From an uncultured Actinomycetes bacterium (GTDB taxonomy: Bacteria > Actinomycetota > Thermoleophilia > Gaiellales > JAICJC01), in the NCBI GenBank assembly GCA_963755675.1, contig CAVWLK010000062.1, positions 256,445 through 320,444 of the forward strand: a stretch of 64,000 bases of DNA. Reading direction: 5' to 3'. The translations under genes were made by a program, and so were the position numbers. Below the pieces are notes generated by a model. It did not search any database and was not told where the DNA came from. It saw only the letters and a program-made list of their open reading frames with translations. Below are positions 47,111-56,956 of this stretch, piece by piece (positions within the stretch are counted from its first letter, which is position 1; each line of letters starts with the position of its first letter).

Positions 47111-47780
47111 GCGATGGCGTCAGGCGTCGCCGATCGCACACCAATCCCGTGATGCTCGTGCCGCCCAGTGACCGCCGGATCTGGAACCCGGCGACATCGA
47201 CCATCGTGCAAAGCTCCTCCAGCGTCGGCGGGGAGCCGGGCGTGATTCCAACCGTTCGAGCAAGCGCAAGGATGGAACGATTGCGAAACGCGGACGAGCT
47301 GACGGGCGTGATCAGCCACAGCGCCCCCCCGGGGCGGACGACCCGGGCGAGCTCCGACAGGAATCGTTCGGGAGCGGGGATCACGTGCAGGCCGTTGATC
47401 GAGAGAACGCAATCCACCGAGGCGTCGTCGAGCGGCAGCTCGCGCGCGTCGGCTTGAAGCAGTTGGACGGCGAACCCTGGTTGCAGCCGGCGATGGGTGG
47501 CCTCCGCGCGGCGCATCATGGCGTCGGCCAGGTCACTTTCGATCACCGTTCCGCGGAACCCGGCGCGCGCGAACAGGGGGAGCAGGGTGCCACCGCCGCA
47601 GGGAACGTCGAGGACAGTTCCGTCGGTAGCCTCGCCTGCGGCGTCGCGCACGATGGTGTCGAGCTGGAGCAGCGGATCGGCGTGGCCCCACAACGAGAAT
47701 GCCGCTCGGCGAAGCGCGGGTGTCTGGATGACGCTGTTGTAGAGCCGCCCGTAGAGGCCCTCGAAACGTTCATTCGCCAT
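47100..47780 (-). CDS. class I SAM-dependent methyltransferase
   Basis: Contains VLDVPCGGG (motif I) and VRPGGALWL. The start at MANERF overlaps the upstream stop by 11 nt. Confidence 0.85.
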   Translation of the reverse strand: MANERFEGLYGRLYNSVIQTPALRRAAFSLWGHADPLLQLDTIVRDAAGEATDGTVLDVPCGGGTLLPLFARAGFRGTVIESDLADAMMRRAEATHRRLQPGFAVQLLQADARELPLDDASVDCVLSINGLHVIPAPERFLSELARVVRPGGALWLITPVSSSAFRNRSILALARTVGITPGSPPTLEELCTMVDVAGFQIRRSLGGTSITGLVCDRRRLTPSRTG

Positions 47781-49170
47781 CGAGGAGTCCCGCGTAGTGG
47801 CGGTACCACTCGCTCTGGAACAACCCGTCTGGATCGATCCGGCGCTTCGCCTGGATGAACTCCGGGAAGCGCGGATGCGCTGCAAGCATTTGTTCGAGCG
47901 TGGCCCAGCGATGGTAGGTCGGGAAGTAGCTTCCCCCGCGGGCAAGCGCGAGGTCGATCAGCGTGCGAAACGCTTCCGCCGAGCGGTCGATCCCGGCGGG
48001 CGAGTGCTCCGTGCAGAGATTGAAGATGACGCACGCCCAGGGCTCACGCGCCCAGGCGAGAAGGCTGTCCGTGTCGCGTTCGATCAACCGCACGGTGCCG
48101 TAGATGACGGGCACAGCCGCTTCGCGGAGCGCGACGCCCGCATCGCGCATGAAGTCGCCCAGCCGATCTCTGGGCACGTATAGCTCGCTGATCATCTCCG
48201 ACGCCGGATGCGCGGCGCCCTGCGCGGCATCGATCGCACGGTGGTAGCCGTCGTCGTACTCGGCCATCTGCAACGAATCCGAGCGATAGAGCTGTCCGGT
48301 GGTCGCGGCGTAGTGCTCCGTGTAGACGCGGTATGCGGCCGCGCGGTCGGAGTGGGCGAGGTAGAGCAGGCGACTCCAGTCCTCACGCGAGAGCACACGC
48401 TGGCCGCCTGGAATCGTGGTCGACGGATCAACCGGCCGGTAGCAGGAGAAGACGCCGTCTCGCAGGAAACCGTCGGAGCGCTCGTCGATCGAGAACTGGA
48501 AGTCACCGAAGACGTACCCGTCGCGGATGCGCTCGGCGAACGCCTCGTCGAGACCATCGATCGCGCGGATGTCAACGGTGCGCTCCAGTGTCTGCGCTCG
48601 GGTGAGCCGGAGCGTGACCGACGCGATGACTCCGAACAGGCCGTACCCGCCCGCGACCAGAGCGAACAGTTCCTCGTTCTCACTGCGGCTGATCGCCCGC
48701 AGCTCTCCGGCCGGATCAACGATGCTCATCGATTCGATGTCGGCGACGATCGGCGCCAGCGTCAGGCCGCGGCCATGACCGTTCGCCGAGATCGTGCCGC
48801 CCAGCGAGAAGCGATCCGCCCCGCTCTGCTTCTGGATGATCGTCCAGCGCTCCGGATCATCCGCATCCTGCGCGTCGACGAGAAAGGCGACCAGCTCCGG
48901 CCACTGGATACCCGCCTCAACCTCGACCAAGCCTCGCGTGCTGTCGAACGAGATCACGCGGCCGAACCGCCGCGTATCCAACAGCACCCCGCCCTCAACG
49001 AACTGCTGGCCGCCCATCGAGTGGCGTCCACCGGCCGCGATCACGGGCATCCGCTCGTCCTTCGCCCGTGCCAACTCGTGTGTGATGTCGGCAGTGCTCG
49101 CCGGCTCGGCGATCCGCGCGACGCAGGTTGCGTTGAGACCCGAATGGATGTCGTTGACCTGGGGACTCAC
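47770..49170 (-). CDS. FAD-binding (PCMH-type) oxidoreductase
   Basis: Contains VIAAGGRHSMGGQ and GGTISANGHG. The GTG start VSPQVNDIHSG sits in a GTGA junction with the upstream hydrolase. Confidence 0.85.
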   Translation of the reverse strand: MSPQVNDIHSGLNATCVARIAEPASTADITHELARAKDERMPVIAAGGRHSMGGQQFVEGGVLLDTRRFGRVISFDSTRGLVEVEAGIQWPELVAFLVDAQDADDPERWTIIQKQSGADRFSLGGTISANGHGRGLTLAPIVADIESMSIVDPAGELRAISRSENEELFALVAGGYGLFGVIASVTLRLTRAQTLERTVDIRAIDGLDEAFAERIRDGYVFGDFQFSIDERSDGFLRDGVFSCYRPVDPSTTIPGGQRVLSREDWSRLLYLAHSDRAAAYRVYTEHYAATTGQLYRSDSLQMAEYDDGYHRAIDAAQGAAHPASEMISELYVPRDRLGDFMRDAGVALREAAVPVIYGTVRLIERDTDSLLAWAREPWACVIFNLCTEHSPAGIDRSAEAFRTLIDLALARGGSYFPTYHRWATLEQMLAAHPRFPEFIQAKRRIDPDGLFQSEWYRHYAGLLDGE

Positions 49171-49866
49171 GCGGCCAGCCACCCTTCGACGGCGTCCACC
49201 CAGAGCCCGGGCTGGTCGGTGTGCGAGAAGTGACCGCCGCCGCGCAATGACCGCGAGCGTCCAGCCATGGCGTCGAGCGGCGCCGCGCGTCCAGCTCGAG
49301 GGGACGTGTGAGTCGCAATCACCCGAGATCGCCAACACCGGGCATCGCACGCTCCGTGCCACGCGGTCGAAGGCGGAGGGACGGAGTCCCACCCGGGCCA
49401 GCTGTATCACCACGGGCAGCGACGAGCGCAGTGTGGCCGTCCCATCGCTCCCCCCTGTCCGCAGGTGGCCGGCACGCACGAATCGGTGGACCAGGCGGAC
49501 GCGATGCTTGATCCAGCTGCCGGTGCCGATGATCCACGAGCGCTCGGCCCGGTTCGGTGGTATGTAGCCACCGGAGAGGATCACGCCGGTCACGCACTCG
49601 GGCCGTGATGCGGCCACCATCAGTGCCAGCATGCCTCCGCGAGAGTGGCCGACGACCACGATCTCACCCGTGCTCGGAAACTGTGCGATCACCCGCTCAC
49701 GTGCAGTCGCCAGCGATCCGGCGGGTACACCGACGCAGGTCACGTCGCCGAGCGCGGACAGGCGTGCCGCCACGCTCCCCCAGTCCGACGGGGCGCCACC
49801 GATCCCGTGGAGGCAGACGAACGTCCGCTTGAGAGAGGCAGCGCCTGCGTGATCTCGATCGCTCAT
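49167..49866 (-). pseudogene. alpha/beta hydrolase, one frame break (~49235) that fuses it in-frame to the downstream oxidoreductase
   Basis: Contains HGIGG and the nucleophile elbow GHSRGG. The expected tail GGGHFSHTDQPGLWVDAVEGWLAA-stop is readable in the adjacent frame. Confidence 0.75.
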
Positions 49867-49966
49867 GATCACTGAGGCTATGCAGCGCCAACCGGCCTCG
49901 CATCGGGGCAACCCCTTGAAGGCGCATTGCCGCCGAGCGGTTCGAGCACCTCCTGAACGTCCTCCG

Positions 49967-50902
49967 CTACCCGCGGTAGCGATACAGCTTGCTCTGGGTG
50001 TGGACGTACACCGAACCGTCCGGCGCCAGGATCCCCTCTTGGAAGCCGTCGGCCACGGTGTTCCACCAGATGCGGTCGCCACCCGGGTCGAGCGCGTCGA
50101 TGAAGCCGGCACTGCCGGGGGATAACGTATCCCAGCCGACGTCGTAGATCGTTCCCGACGGGGCGACCGCGATGTCCTCGATCTCGTCAGTGGTGTCGCC
50201 GAGGTCGTGCCGCCACCGCACTCGGCCGGACGGGGCAACGGCCACGATGCGGCCTGTGGCCCCCACGTAAAGAGTGCCGTCCGCCGCCGCGGCCATCGCG
50301 CGGATCTCATCGTGCTTCCCGAAGTCGATCCGGGAGACGTCCGTTTGCCAGCGGGTGGCGCCGTTTGGAGCGAGCGCGCACACGCCATCCGGCGTGGCGC
50401 CTTGATCGCCGGCTGTGCCACCCGCGTACACAGCGCCGCTCTCGCTGACAACGATGAACTGGGGGGCGGCCCAGTGGCAAGGTTGACTCATCCAACGGAC
50501 CTGCCCTCGGGGGTCGAGCGATACCACGCGCCAGCCGCACCCCACGTACAGGTTTCCGCGAGCGTCAGCTACGAGCCGCCCGGCCGGGCAGGGTAGGGAG
50601 CGCTGCCAGCGAGTCGACCCGTCGGGGCGGTAGGCCACGACCGACGTATTGTGGGGCTTGATCAGCCCGCCGTCGGGCTCCAAGACCTCATCGACCTTGT
50701 TGAGGACCATCGGAGTCGTCCCGATCGCCCACACCGGCCGGCCATTGCTGCCCACACCCAGGAAGCCAGCGGCTTGCAAGGGGATGGCCCCCTGGCTGAC
50801 AGGCGGCCGCCGCTCCCCGGCCACGCTGCCGCCGGTCAGGCTGCCGCACGCGGCGCAGACCACGGCGGCCAGCAGCACGGCGGCTGTCCCGCGAATCCTC
50901 AT
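49967..50902 (-). CDS. lipoprotein with PQQ/BamB-like beta-propeller repeats
   Basis: Lipobox LLAAVVCAACG, with repeated G.LYVG / G.VRW blade motifs. Confidence 0.7.
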   Translation of the reverse strand: MRIRGTAAVLLAAVVCAACGSLTGGSVAGERRPPVSQGAIPLQAAGFLGVGSNGRPVWAIGTTPMVLNKVDEVLEPDGGLIKPHNTSVVAYRPDGSTRWQRSLPCPAGRLVADARGNLYVGCGWRVVSLDPRGQVRWMSQPCHWAAPQFIVVSESGAVYAGGTAGDQGATPDGVCALAPNGATRWQTDVSRIDFGKHDEIRAMAAAADGTLYVGATGRIVAVAPSGRVRWRHDLGDTTDEIEDIAVAPSGTIYDVGWDTLSPGSAGFIDALDPGGDRIWWNTVADGFQEGILAPDGSVYVHTQSKLYRYRG

Positions 50903-51018
50903 GCTCGGCGCTGTCGGGCAGACGCTCACGCCGCAAGTATCCGCCCCGGTCGCGCTCGCGGCATCGGGGATACCCCTGCACCATCGTGGTGAAGTTCTCG
51001 AACGGCGCCGCGGACCGG

Positions 51019-52840
51019 CTACTCGACCGTGACCGTCTTGGCCAGGTTGCGTGGCTTGTCCACGTCCAGGCCGCGGCGGCGGGCGATCGCGTATGCGAGC
51101 TGCTGCAGCGGAAGGATCGCCAGCGCAGCCTGGAGCTCGGGCTCGGTCTTGGGCAGGTAGAGCACGTGCTCCGCCACGTTCCCGATCTCCTCGTTGCCTT
51201 CAGTGGCGACAGCGATCACGTGGGCGCCGCGGGCGCGCACCTCCTCCACGTTCGAGATCACCTTCTCGTAGACGTGGTTGTCTGTCGCGACGACGACCAC
51301 GGGCGTAGTGTCGTCGAGCAGCGCGATCGGCCCGTGCTTCATCTCGCCGGCGGCATAGGCGTCGGTCGGGATGTAGCTGATCTCCTTCAACTTGAGCGCG
51401 CCCTCGAGTGCGATCGGCAGGCCGATGTACCGGCCCAGGTAGAGGAAGAACTCGTTCTGCCAGAACCGGTCGGCGATCGGCTCGACGGCCCCGCCGCGAT
51501 CCAGCGTCTTCTGCGCCAGGTCGGGCAACGCCCTCACCTCGGCCAGCAGCTTCTCCGCCCGGTCCGGCTCGATCTGGCCACGCACCATGCCCAGCTTCAG
51601 CGCCAGCAGGTACATCAGCGTCACCTGAGAGGTGAACGTCTTGGTGGCGGCGACGCCGATTTCGAGCCCGGCCCTTGTGTAGAGCACGGAGTCGCAGTCG
51701 CGCGTCATCTGGCTACCGATCAGGTTGGTGATCGCCAGCACGTGGCCGCCCCGGGCGCGCGCCTCCTTCATCGCGGCCAGCGTGTCGATCGTCTCGCCGG
51801 ACTGCGAGATCGCGACCACCAGCGTGTGGTCATCGATCACTGGCCGCCGGTAGCGCCACTCGCTGGCGATGTCCGACTCGGCCGGCAGGCGCGCCCACTC
51901 CTCGAGCAGGTAACGGCCGATCAGGCCGGCGTGGTAGCTGGTGCCACAGGCCAGGATCACCACCCGCGAGAGATTCGCGATCTGCTCGTCGCTGAGGTTG
52001 AGCCCATCCAGCTGGAGCTCCCCGTGGTACAGCCGCTCGCCGATCGTCTCGGCGATCGCGTCCGGCTGCTCGTGGATCTCCTTGAGCATGAAGGTTCGTA
52101 GCCCTGCTTCTCGGCCGCGTCGTCGTCCCAGTCGACGGTCTCGACGGGCCGCTCGATCAGGGCGCCGGCGCCGGTCAGGAACGTCGCGCCACCGGGCCGG
52201 GCGACCACGATCTCGTCGTCCATCACGTATTGCACGCGCCGCGTCTCGCGGAGAAAGGCCGGAATCGCCGAGGCCATGAACGTCTCGCCATCCCCCACGC
52301 CGACCACCAGCGGACACTGCCGGCGCGCGGCCAGGATCTCGTGCGGGTGGTCGCGGTGCACGACCGCAAACGCGAAGTGACCGTGCAGCTCTTGTAGGCC
52401 CGCCGCACTGCCTCGACAAGGTCACCCTCGTAGTGTTCCTCCACCAGATGCGCGATCACCTCGGAGTCGGTGTCGGAGTGGAACTCGTGCCCGCCTTCGG
52501 CAAGCCTCCTGCGCAGGTGGACGTAGTTCTCGATGATGCCGTTGTGCACCACCGTCACCCCGGAGCCGTCACAGGCCTCCACCGGGTGTGCGTTGCCCTC
52601 AGTGACACCGCCGTGAGTGGCCCAGCGGGTGTGGGCGACGCCCAGCGTGGCCGGGCTACCGGCGGGGCCGACCGCATCGCGCAGCTCCTGCACGCGGCCG
52701 ACGCGGCGCGTGATCTCGACGCTGCCGTTGATCAGGCAGATGCCGGCCGAGTCGTAGCCGCGGTACTCGAGCCGCTCGAGCCCGGCCAGCAGCAGCTCCT
52801 TGCAGGGCCGCTCACCCACGTATCCGACGATGCCGCACAT
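51019..52840 (-). pseudogene. glmS: glutamine--fructose-6-phosphate aminotransferase, two frame breaks (~52370, ~52097) as assembled
   Basis: MCGIVGYVG lies in the N-terminal amidotransferase domain, followed by HFAFAVVH and FMLKEIHEQP. The two SIS domains run to the C-terminal KTVTVE, across three frames. Confidence 0.9.
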
Positions 52841-52842
52841 CA

Positions 52843-53008
52843 GGTGGTTGGTTCCATATCCAGCGTGGATGCAGGGCGGAGTTCAGGGCGCGTTGGGCGG
52901 CGGGAGCGCTCGCAGCGCAGGCTGGGGAAGCCCTGGGCAAGAGCGATCGTGCCGTCCAGCGTGTCCTGGGCCCGATCCTGCGCCGCGATGGATATGGAAT
53001 CAACCACC
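52843..53008 (-). promoter_or_regulatory. giant hairpin filling the glmM-glmS spacer (candidate glmS leader structure or MITE-like insert)
   Basis: The 20-nt arms GGTGGTTGGTTCCATATCCA (52843-52862) and TGGATATGGAATCAACCACC (52989-53008) are complementary at 19 of 20 positions. The 3' arm ends 2 nt before the glmS ATG. Confidence 0.5.
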
Positions 53009-53011
53009 TAA

Positions 53012-54324
53012 CTAACTCCCGATTTCGGTTTGCACGAGGCGCGCCAGGTGGGTGCAGATGCGCTCGCACTCAGCCTCGTCCTCGGCCTCGACCATCACGC
53101 GCACCAGCGGCTCCGTACCCGATGCTCGAAGAACGACCCTGCCGTTATCGCCAAGCTTCTCGGTCACCGCCGCAACCTCCTGCCAGATCCGGTCGCAGGA
53201 CGGTAGCAGCGAGCGATCCGCCGCAACCCCCACCAGCCTCTGCGGGAAGGGCTGGAACAGGTCATGCGCCTCGGCCATCGAGATCCCCAGCCGGTGAAGC
53301 GAGCCCAGCAACAGCAACGCGGTGGCGAGGCCGTCGCCGGTGGTGTGGTGGTCAAGGTCGACCACGTGGCCGGACTGCTCGCCGCCCAGCGCCACGCCCG
53401 TCTCGAGCATCCGTTCGAGCACGTAGCGATCGCCGACATCGGTCACCTCGACGGCGATGTCGTGCTCGCGCATCAGCCGGTGGAAACCCAGGTTGGTCAT
53501 CGTCGTGACCACCACGCGGCGGCCCGGAAGCTGGTCGCGACGGCTGCGGTCGATCGCCAACACGGCCAGGATCACGTCGCCGTTCACCGCCCTGCCGGCG
53601 GCGTCGACGCCCAGGCAGCGGTCGGCATCGCCGTCGAACGCCAGTCCCAGTGACGGTCCATGCGCCCGTACCAGGCCGGCGACGGCGTCGAGGTGCGTCG
53701 AGCCGACCCCGGCGTTGATGTTGCGGCCGTCGGGCTCGCTGCCGATCCGCTGCACGCTCTTCCCCAGCCGCTCGAACAGCGCGGCGGCCGGCGCCGATGC
53801 TGCGCCGTTGGCACAGTCGACGCCGAGCATCGTCCCGGACGGAACTCCCTCGCCGAACGTCTCGGCGAGCCAGGTCACGTATCGCTCGCAGGCGTCGTCA
53901 AAGCGCTCGACGCCGCCGCCGGGTTGAGGCGCCCCATCCATCAGCGACTCGATCCGCGCCTCGTCGGCGTCCGGCAGCTTGCGACCGTCTCCGCCCAGGA
54001 ACTTGATGCCGTTGTCGCGGTACGGGTTGTGCGAAGCCGAGATGACGCAACCGAGCCGAGCCCCGGCCTGGGCCGCCAGCACCGCGACGCCCGGGCGTCG
54101 GGATCACGCCTGCCGTGACCGCGACGCCGCCGGCATCGACGATGCCCTCGACCAGCGCCGCCTCGAGCATCGGCCCCGACTCGCGCGTATCGCGCCCGAT
54201 CAGGATCCGCTCGCCGGCGCCCGCGAAACGCGCCGCCGCCGCGCCCAGGTCGCGCGCCAACGGCCTCGGTCAGATCGACGCCCGCCTCGCCCCGGACACC
54301 ATCGGTGCCGAACAGCTTTCGCAT
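53012..54324 (-). pseudogene. glmM: phosphoglucosamine mutase, two frame breaks (~54270, ~54090) as assembled
   Basis: Contains MRKLFGTDGVRG, ISASHNPYRDNGIKF (active-site Ser), FDGDADR, GGEQSGH and RASGTEPLVRVMVE. Confidence 0.9.
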
Positions 54325-54347
54325 CAATGGCACGCGAATGGGCGCGG

Positions 54348-54746
54348 TTAGCGCTTCGAGAACTGCGGTCGCTTGCGCGCCTTCTTCAGGCCCGCCTTCT
54401 TCCGCTCGACCTCGCGCGCATCGCGAGTCAAAAACCCGGCCTTCTTGAGATCGGTTCGCAGCGACTCGTCCGCCTGCAGCAGCGCGCGCGAGATGCCGTG
54501 GCGCAGCGCGCCGGCCTGTCCAGCGATGCCGCCGCCGTCGATCCGGGCCCGCACATCGAAACCGGCCTCCGTTCCGCTCACCTTCAGCGGCGCGGTCGCG
54601 ACCGACTGCAACGTGGGGCGCGGGAAGTACTCCGCCAGCGTCTTACCGTTGACGGTGATCTGACCGGATCCGGGAACGAGCACGACGCGCGCGACCGAGG
54701 TCTTGCGCTTGCCCGTTCCACGGTATGCGACGGGAGTGTTGGGCAC
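54348..54746 (-). CDS. rpsI: 30S ribosomal protein S9
   Basis: Contains [12 protein letters not shown] and the C-terminal [12 protein letters not shown]. Confidence 0.97.
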   Translation of the reverse strand: MPNTPVAYRGTGKRKTSVARVVLVPGSGQITVNGKTLAEYFPRPTLQSVATAPLKVSGTEAGFDVRARIDGGGIAGQAGALRHGISRALLQADESLRTDLKKAGFLTRDAREVERKKAGLKKARKRPQFSKR

Positions 54747-55180
54747 TACGAGTTCTCCTTCAGCGGGACGGGGTTCTGCGCCGAGTGCGGATGATCCGGG
54801 CCGGCGTAGACCTTGAGCTTGCGCAGCTGCGCGGAGGCGAGCTTGTTCTTGGGCAGCATGCCCTTGACCGCCTTGCGGATGACTTCCTCGGGGCGGCGCT
54901 TGAGCTGCTCCGCGAGGGTGCGCTCGCGCAGCCCGCCGGGGTAGCCGCTGTGGCGGTAGTAGATCTTCTGCTCGAGCTTCTTGCCGGTGACGTGGATCTT
55001 CTCGGCGTTGACGACGATCACGAAGTCACCGGTATCCACGTGGGGGGTGTAGGCGGGCTTGCCCTTGCCACGCAGGACGTCGGCGATCTCGGTCGCAAGG
55101 CGGCCCAGCGTCTGGGCATCGGCATCCACCACGAACCAGCGGTGTTCGATCTCGCTCGGTTTTGCGCTGTACGTCTTCAT
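54746..55180 (-). CDS. rplM: 50S ribosomal protein L13
   Basis: Contains [30 protein letters not shown] and KGMLPKN. Confidence 0.97.
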   Translation of the reverse strand: MKTYSAKPSEIEHRWFVVDADAQTLGRLATEIADVLRGKGKPAYTPHVDTGDFVIVVNAEKIHVTGKKLEQKIYYRHSGYPGGLRERTLAEQLKRRPEEVIRKAVKGMLPKNKLASAQLRKLKVYAGPDHPHSAQNPVPLKENS

Positions 55181-55255
55181 GGGTCCTTGTGCGTGGGATT
55201 GTGGGTCGGCGGGCGCATGCAGCGGCCCGGCGGCCAAACGGCGAGGAATGGTACC

Positions 55256-56339
55256 TCAGATCGCTCCCACGCGGAGCCGCAGGACCGATCGCGGCCCGTC
55301 CGACTCGATTGCCTCCCACATCGCCGGCACCACGCCCGGATCGAACTGCGAGCCGGCGCCCGCCTCGAGCTGAGCCATCGCATCCTCGTGGCCGAGCTGA
55401 GGCCGTCCGCGACGACCCTCGCGCATCGCGACGTAGGCCGAGCAGACTGCCACGATTCTGGCCGACAGCGGGATCTGCGTCCCGCGCAGCCGTGAGGGAT
55501 AGCCCTCGCCGTCCCAGCGCTCGCGGATCGCCACCACGCCGGCCACCGCCCCTGCCAGATACGGCATGCGCGCGATCATGCGCTGTCCCACGATCGTGTG
55601 GCGCTGGATCACAGCCCACTCGACTGGCGTCAGCGGATCGCGCTTCTCGAGCAGCGCGGCCGGGATCGCAGCTCGTCCGGCGTCGTGCACCAGCGCCACC
55701 AGCCGCAGCTCGTCCAGCGACTCCTCGTCCAGCCGCATCGCTTCGCCGACGGCGGTCGCCATCTCGGCGAACCGCGGGTCGGCCGACGCCGATCTCGCGT
55801 GCGTTCTCGGCCGCGCGCCGGAAGTGCTCCTCGCGCTGGACGTCGCGTTTCACGGCGGCCCCGAGATGCCGGGATGTCTCGCGGACGAGCGCCGTCGCCC
55901 GCCGACGTTCGCGAAGCGTGAACACGCCCGAGCGGCGGTCGCTCCACACCTCGACCAGATACGGCACCGGTGCATCGAGCCGCAGCAGCAGGCCGGCGGT
56001 GAGGCCGAGCGTGCGCAGCAGCTCCTGCTCGGCAGGATCGCCGTCGGGGTCGCCGATCCAGGTGGTGTACGGCTGGCCGCCGTTCAGCACCGCCAAGGTC
56101 ACCGGGTAGCGGTCGAGCTGGTACTCGCCGCCAAACAGCCTCCAGCGCTCGGGCGTCCTGGTGAAGCCGGCCACGCCGGCGGTCACAGAGCGAAGCGGAT
56201 CCCACCGCGACACCAGGCAATCCGACGCCTGCAGATCCTGGGCGAGCGCCTCGCACAGCATCGAGAACAGCTCGCGGCTGCCGACCGCCCCGACGAGCCG
56301 GGTGGATGGCCTCGCAACCGCGAGTGGGCGTGTCAACAT
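55256..56339 (-). pseudogene. GAF-like sensor + HD-GYP domain protein, one frame break (~55790) as assembled
   Basis: The C-terminal half contains LVHDAGR, HTIVG and RERWDGEGYP. The N-terminal sensor part lies in ORF 55026..56471. Confidence 0.75.
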
Positions 56340-56485
56340 TGGTGGATTCTGCCCGTGGCGAGCGGGAGCCGCCATCCCCGAATTGTGGTGGTCTGGGTTC
56401 CATTCTTGGGGATCCCTTGCAGTTTGCCTCCGGCTGGTATAGACCCTCACCTGCGAGGCGCACCCACGCAACCAGGAGGGGTCAC

Positions 56486-56956
56486 ATGCAGAGGGCCGTA
56501 ACGATCTCCGTGAATGGGGTTTCGCACACGACCGGCGTCGAGCCGCGGACGCTGCTGGTGCATTTCCTGCGCGAGCAGCTGAACCTGACCGGCACGCACG
56601 TGGGGTGTGACACCTCGAACTGTGGGGCCTGCACCGTCTGGCTTGACGGTGAGGCGATCAAGTCGTGCACGGTGCTGGCCGTCCAAGCCGACGGCGGGGA
56701 CGTGACCACCATCGAGGGCATCAGCCGGACCGGCGACATGCACCCAATGCAGCGCGCGTTTCACGAGCAGCACGGCCTCCAGTGCGGCTACTGCACGCCG
56801 GGCATGGTGATGGCGGCGATCAAGCTGCTGGAGGCAAATCCGAATCCGAGCGACGACGAGATCCGCCATGGGCTGGAAGGCAACCTCTGTCGCTGCACCG
56901 GGTACCAGAACATCGTGGCGGCGATACGGACGGCGTCGCAGGGGGTGCCGGCATGA
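56486..56956 (+). CDS. (2Fe-2S)-binding small subunit of a CODH/xanthine dehydrogenase-family enzyme (CoxS-like)
   Basis: Contains [12 protein letters not shown] and CGYCTPGMV...CRCTGY. AGGAGG Shine-Dalgarno upstream. Confidence 0.92.
   Translation: MQRAVTISVNGVSHTTGVEPRTLLVHFLREQLNLTGTHVGCDTSNCGACTVWLDGEAIKSCTVLAVQADGGDVTTIEGISRTGDMHPMQRAFHEQHGLQCGYCTPGMVMAAIKLLEANPNPSDDEIRHGLEGNLCRCTGYQNIVAAIRTASQGVPA

Noticed and set aside
52841-53011. A glmS ribozyme upstream of glmS.
   Set aside because: The position is right. However, I cannot find the conserved core elements I recall (GACGAGG, AUCGAA, UUCGGCGGAUG, CCCGG) or the AGCGCC cleavage-site context. A covariance-model search is still needed.
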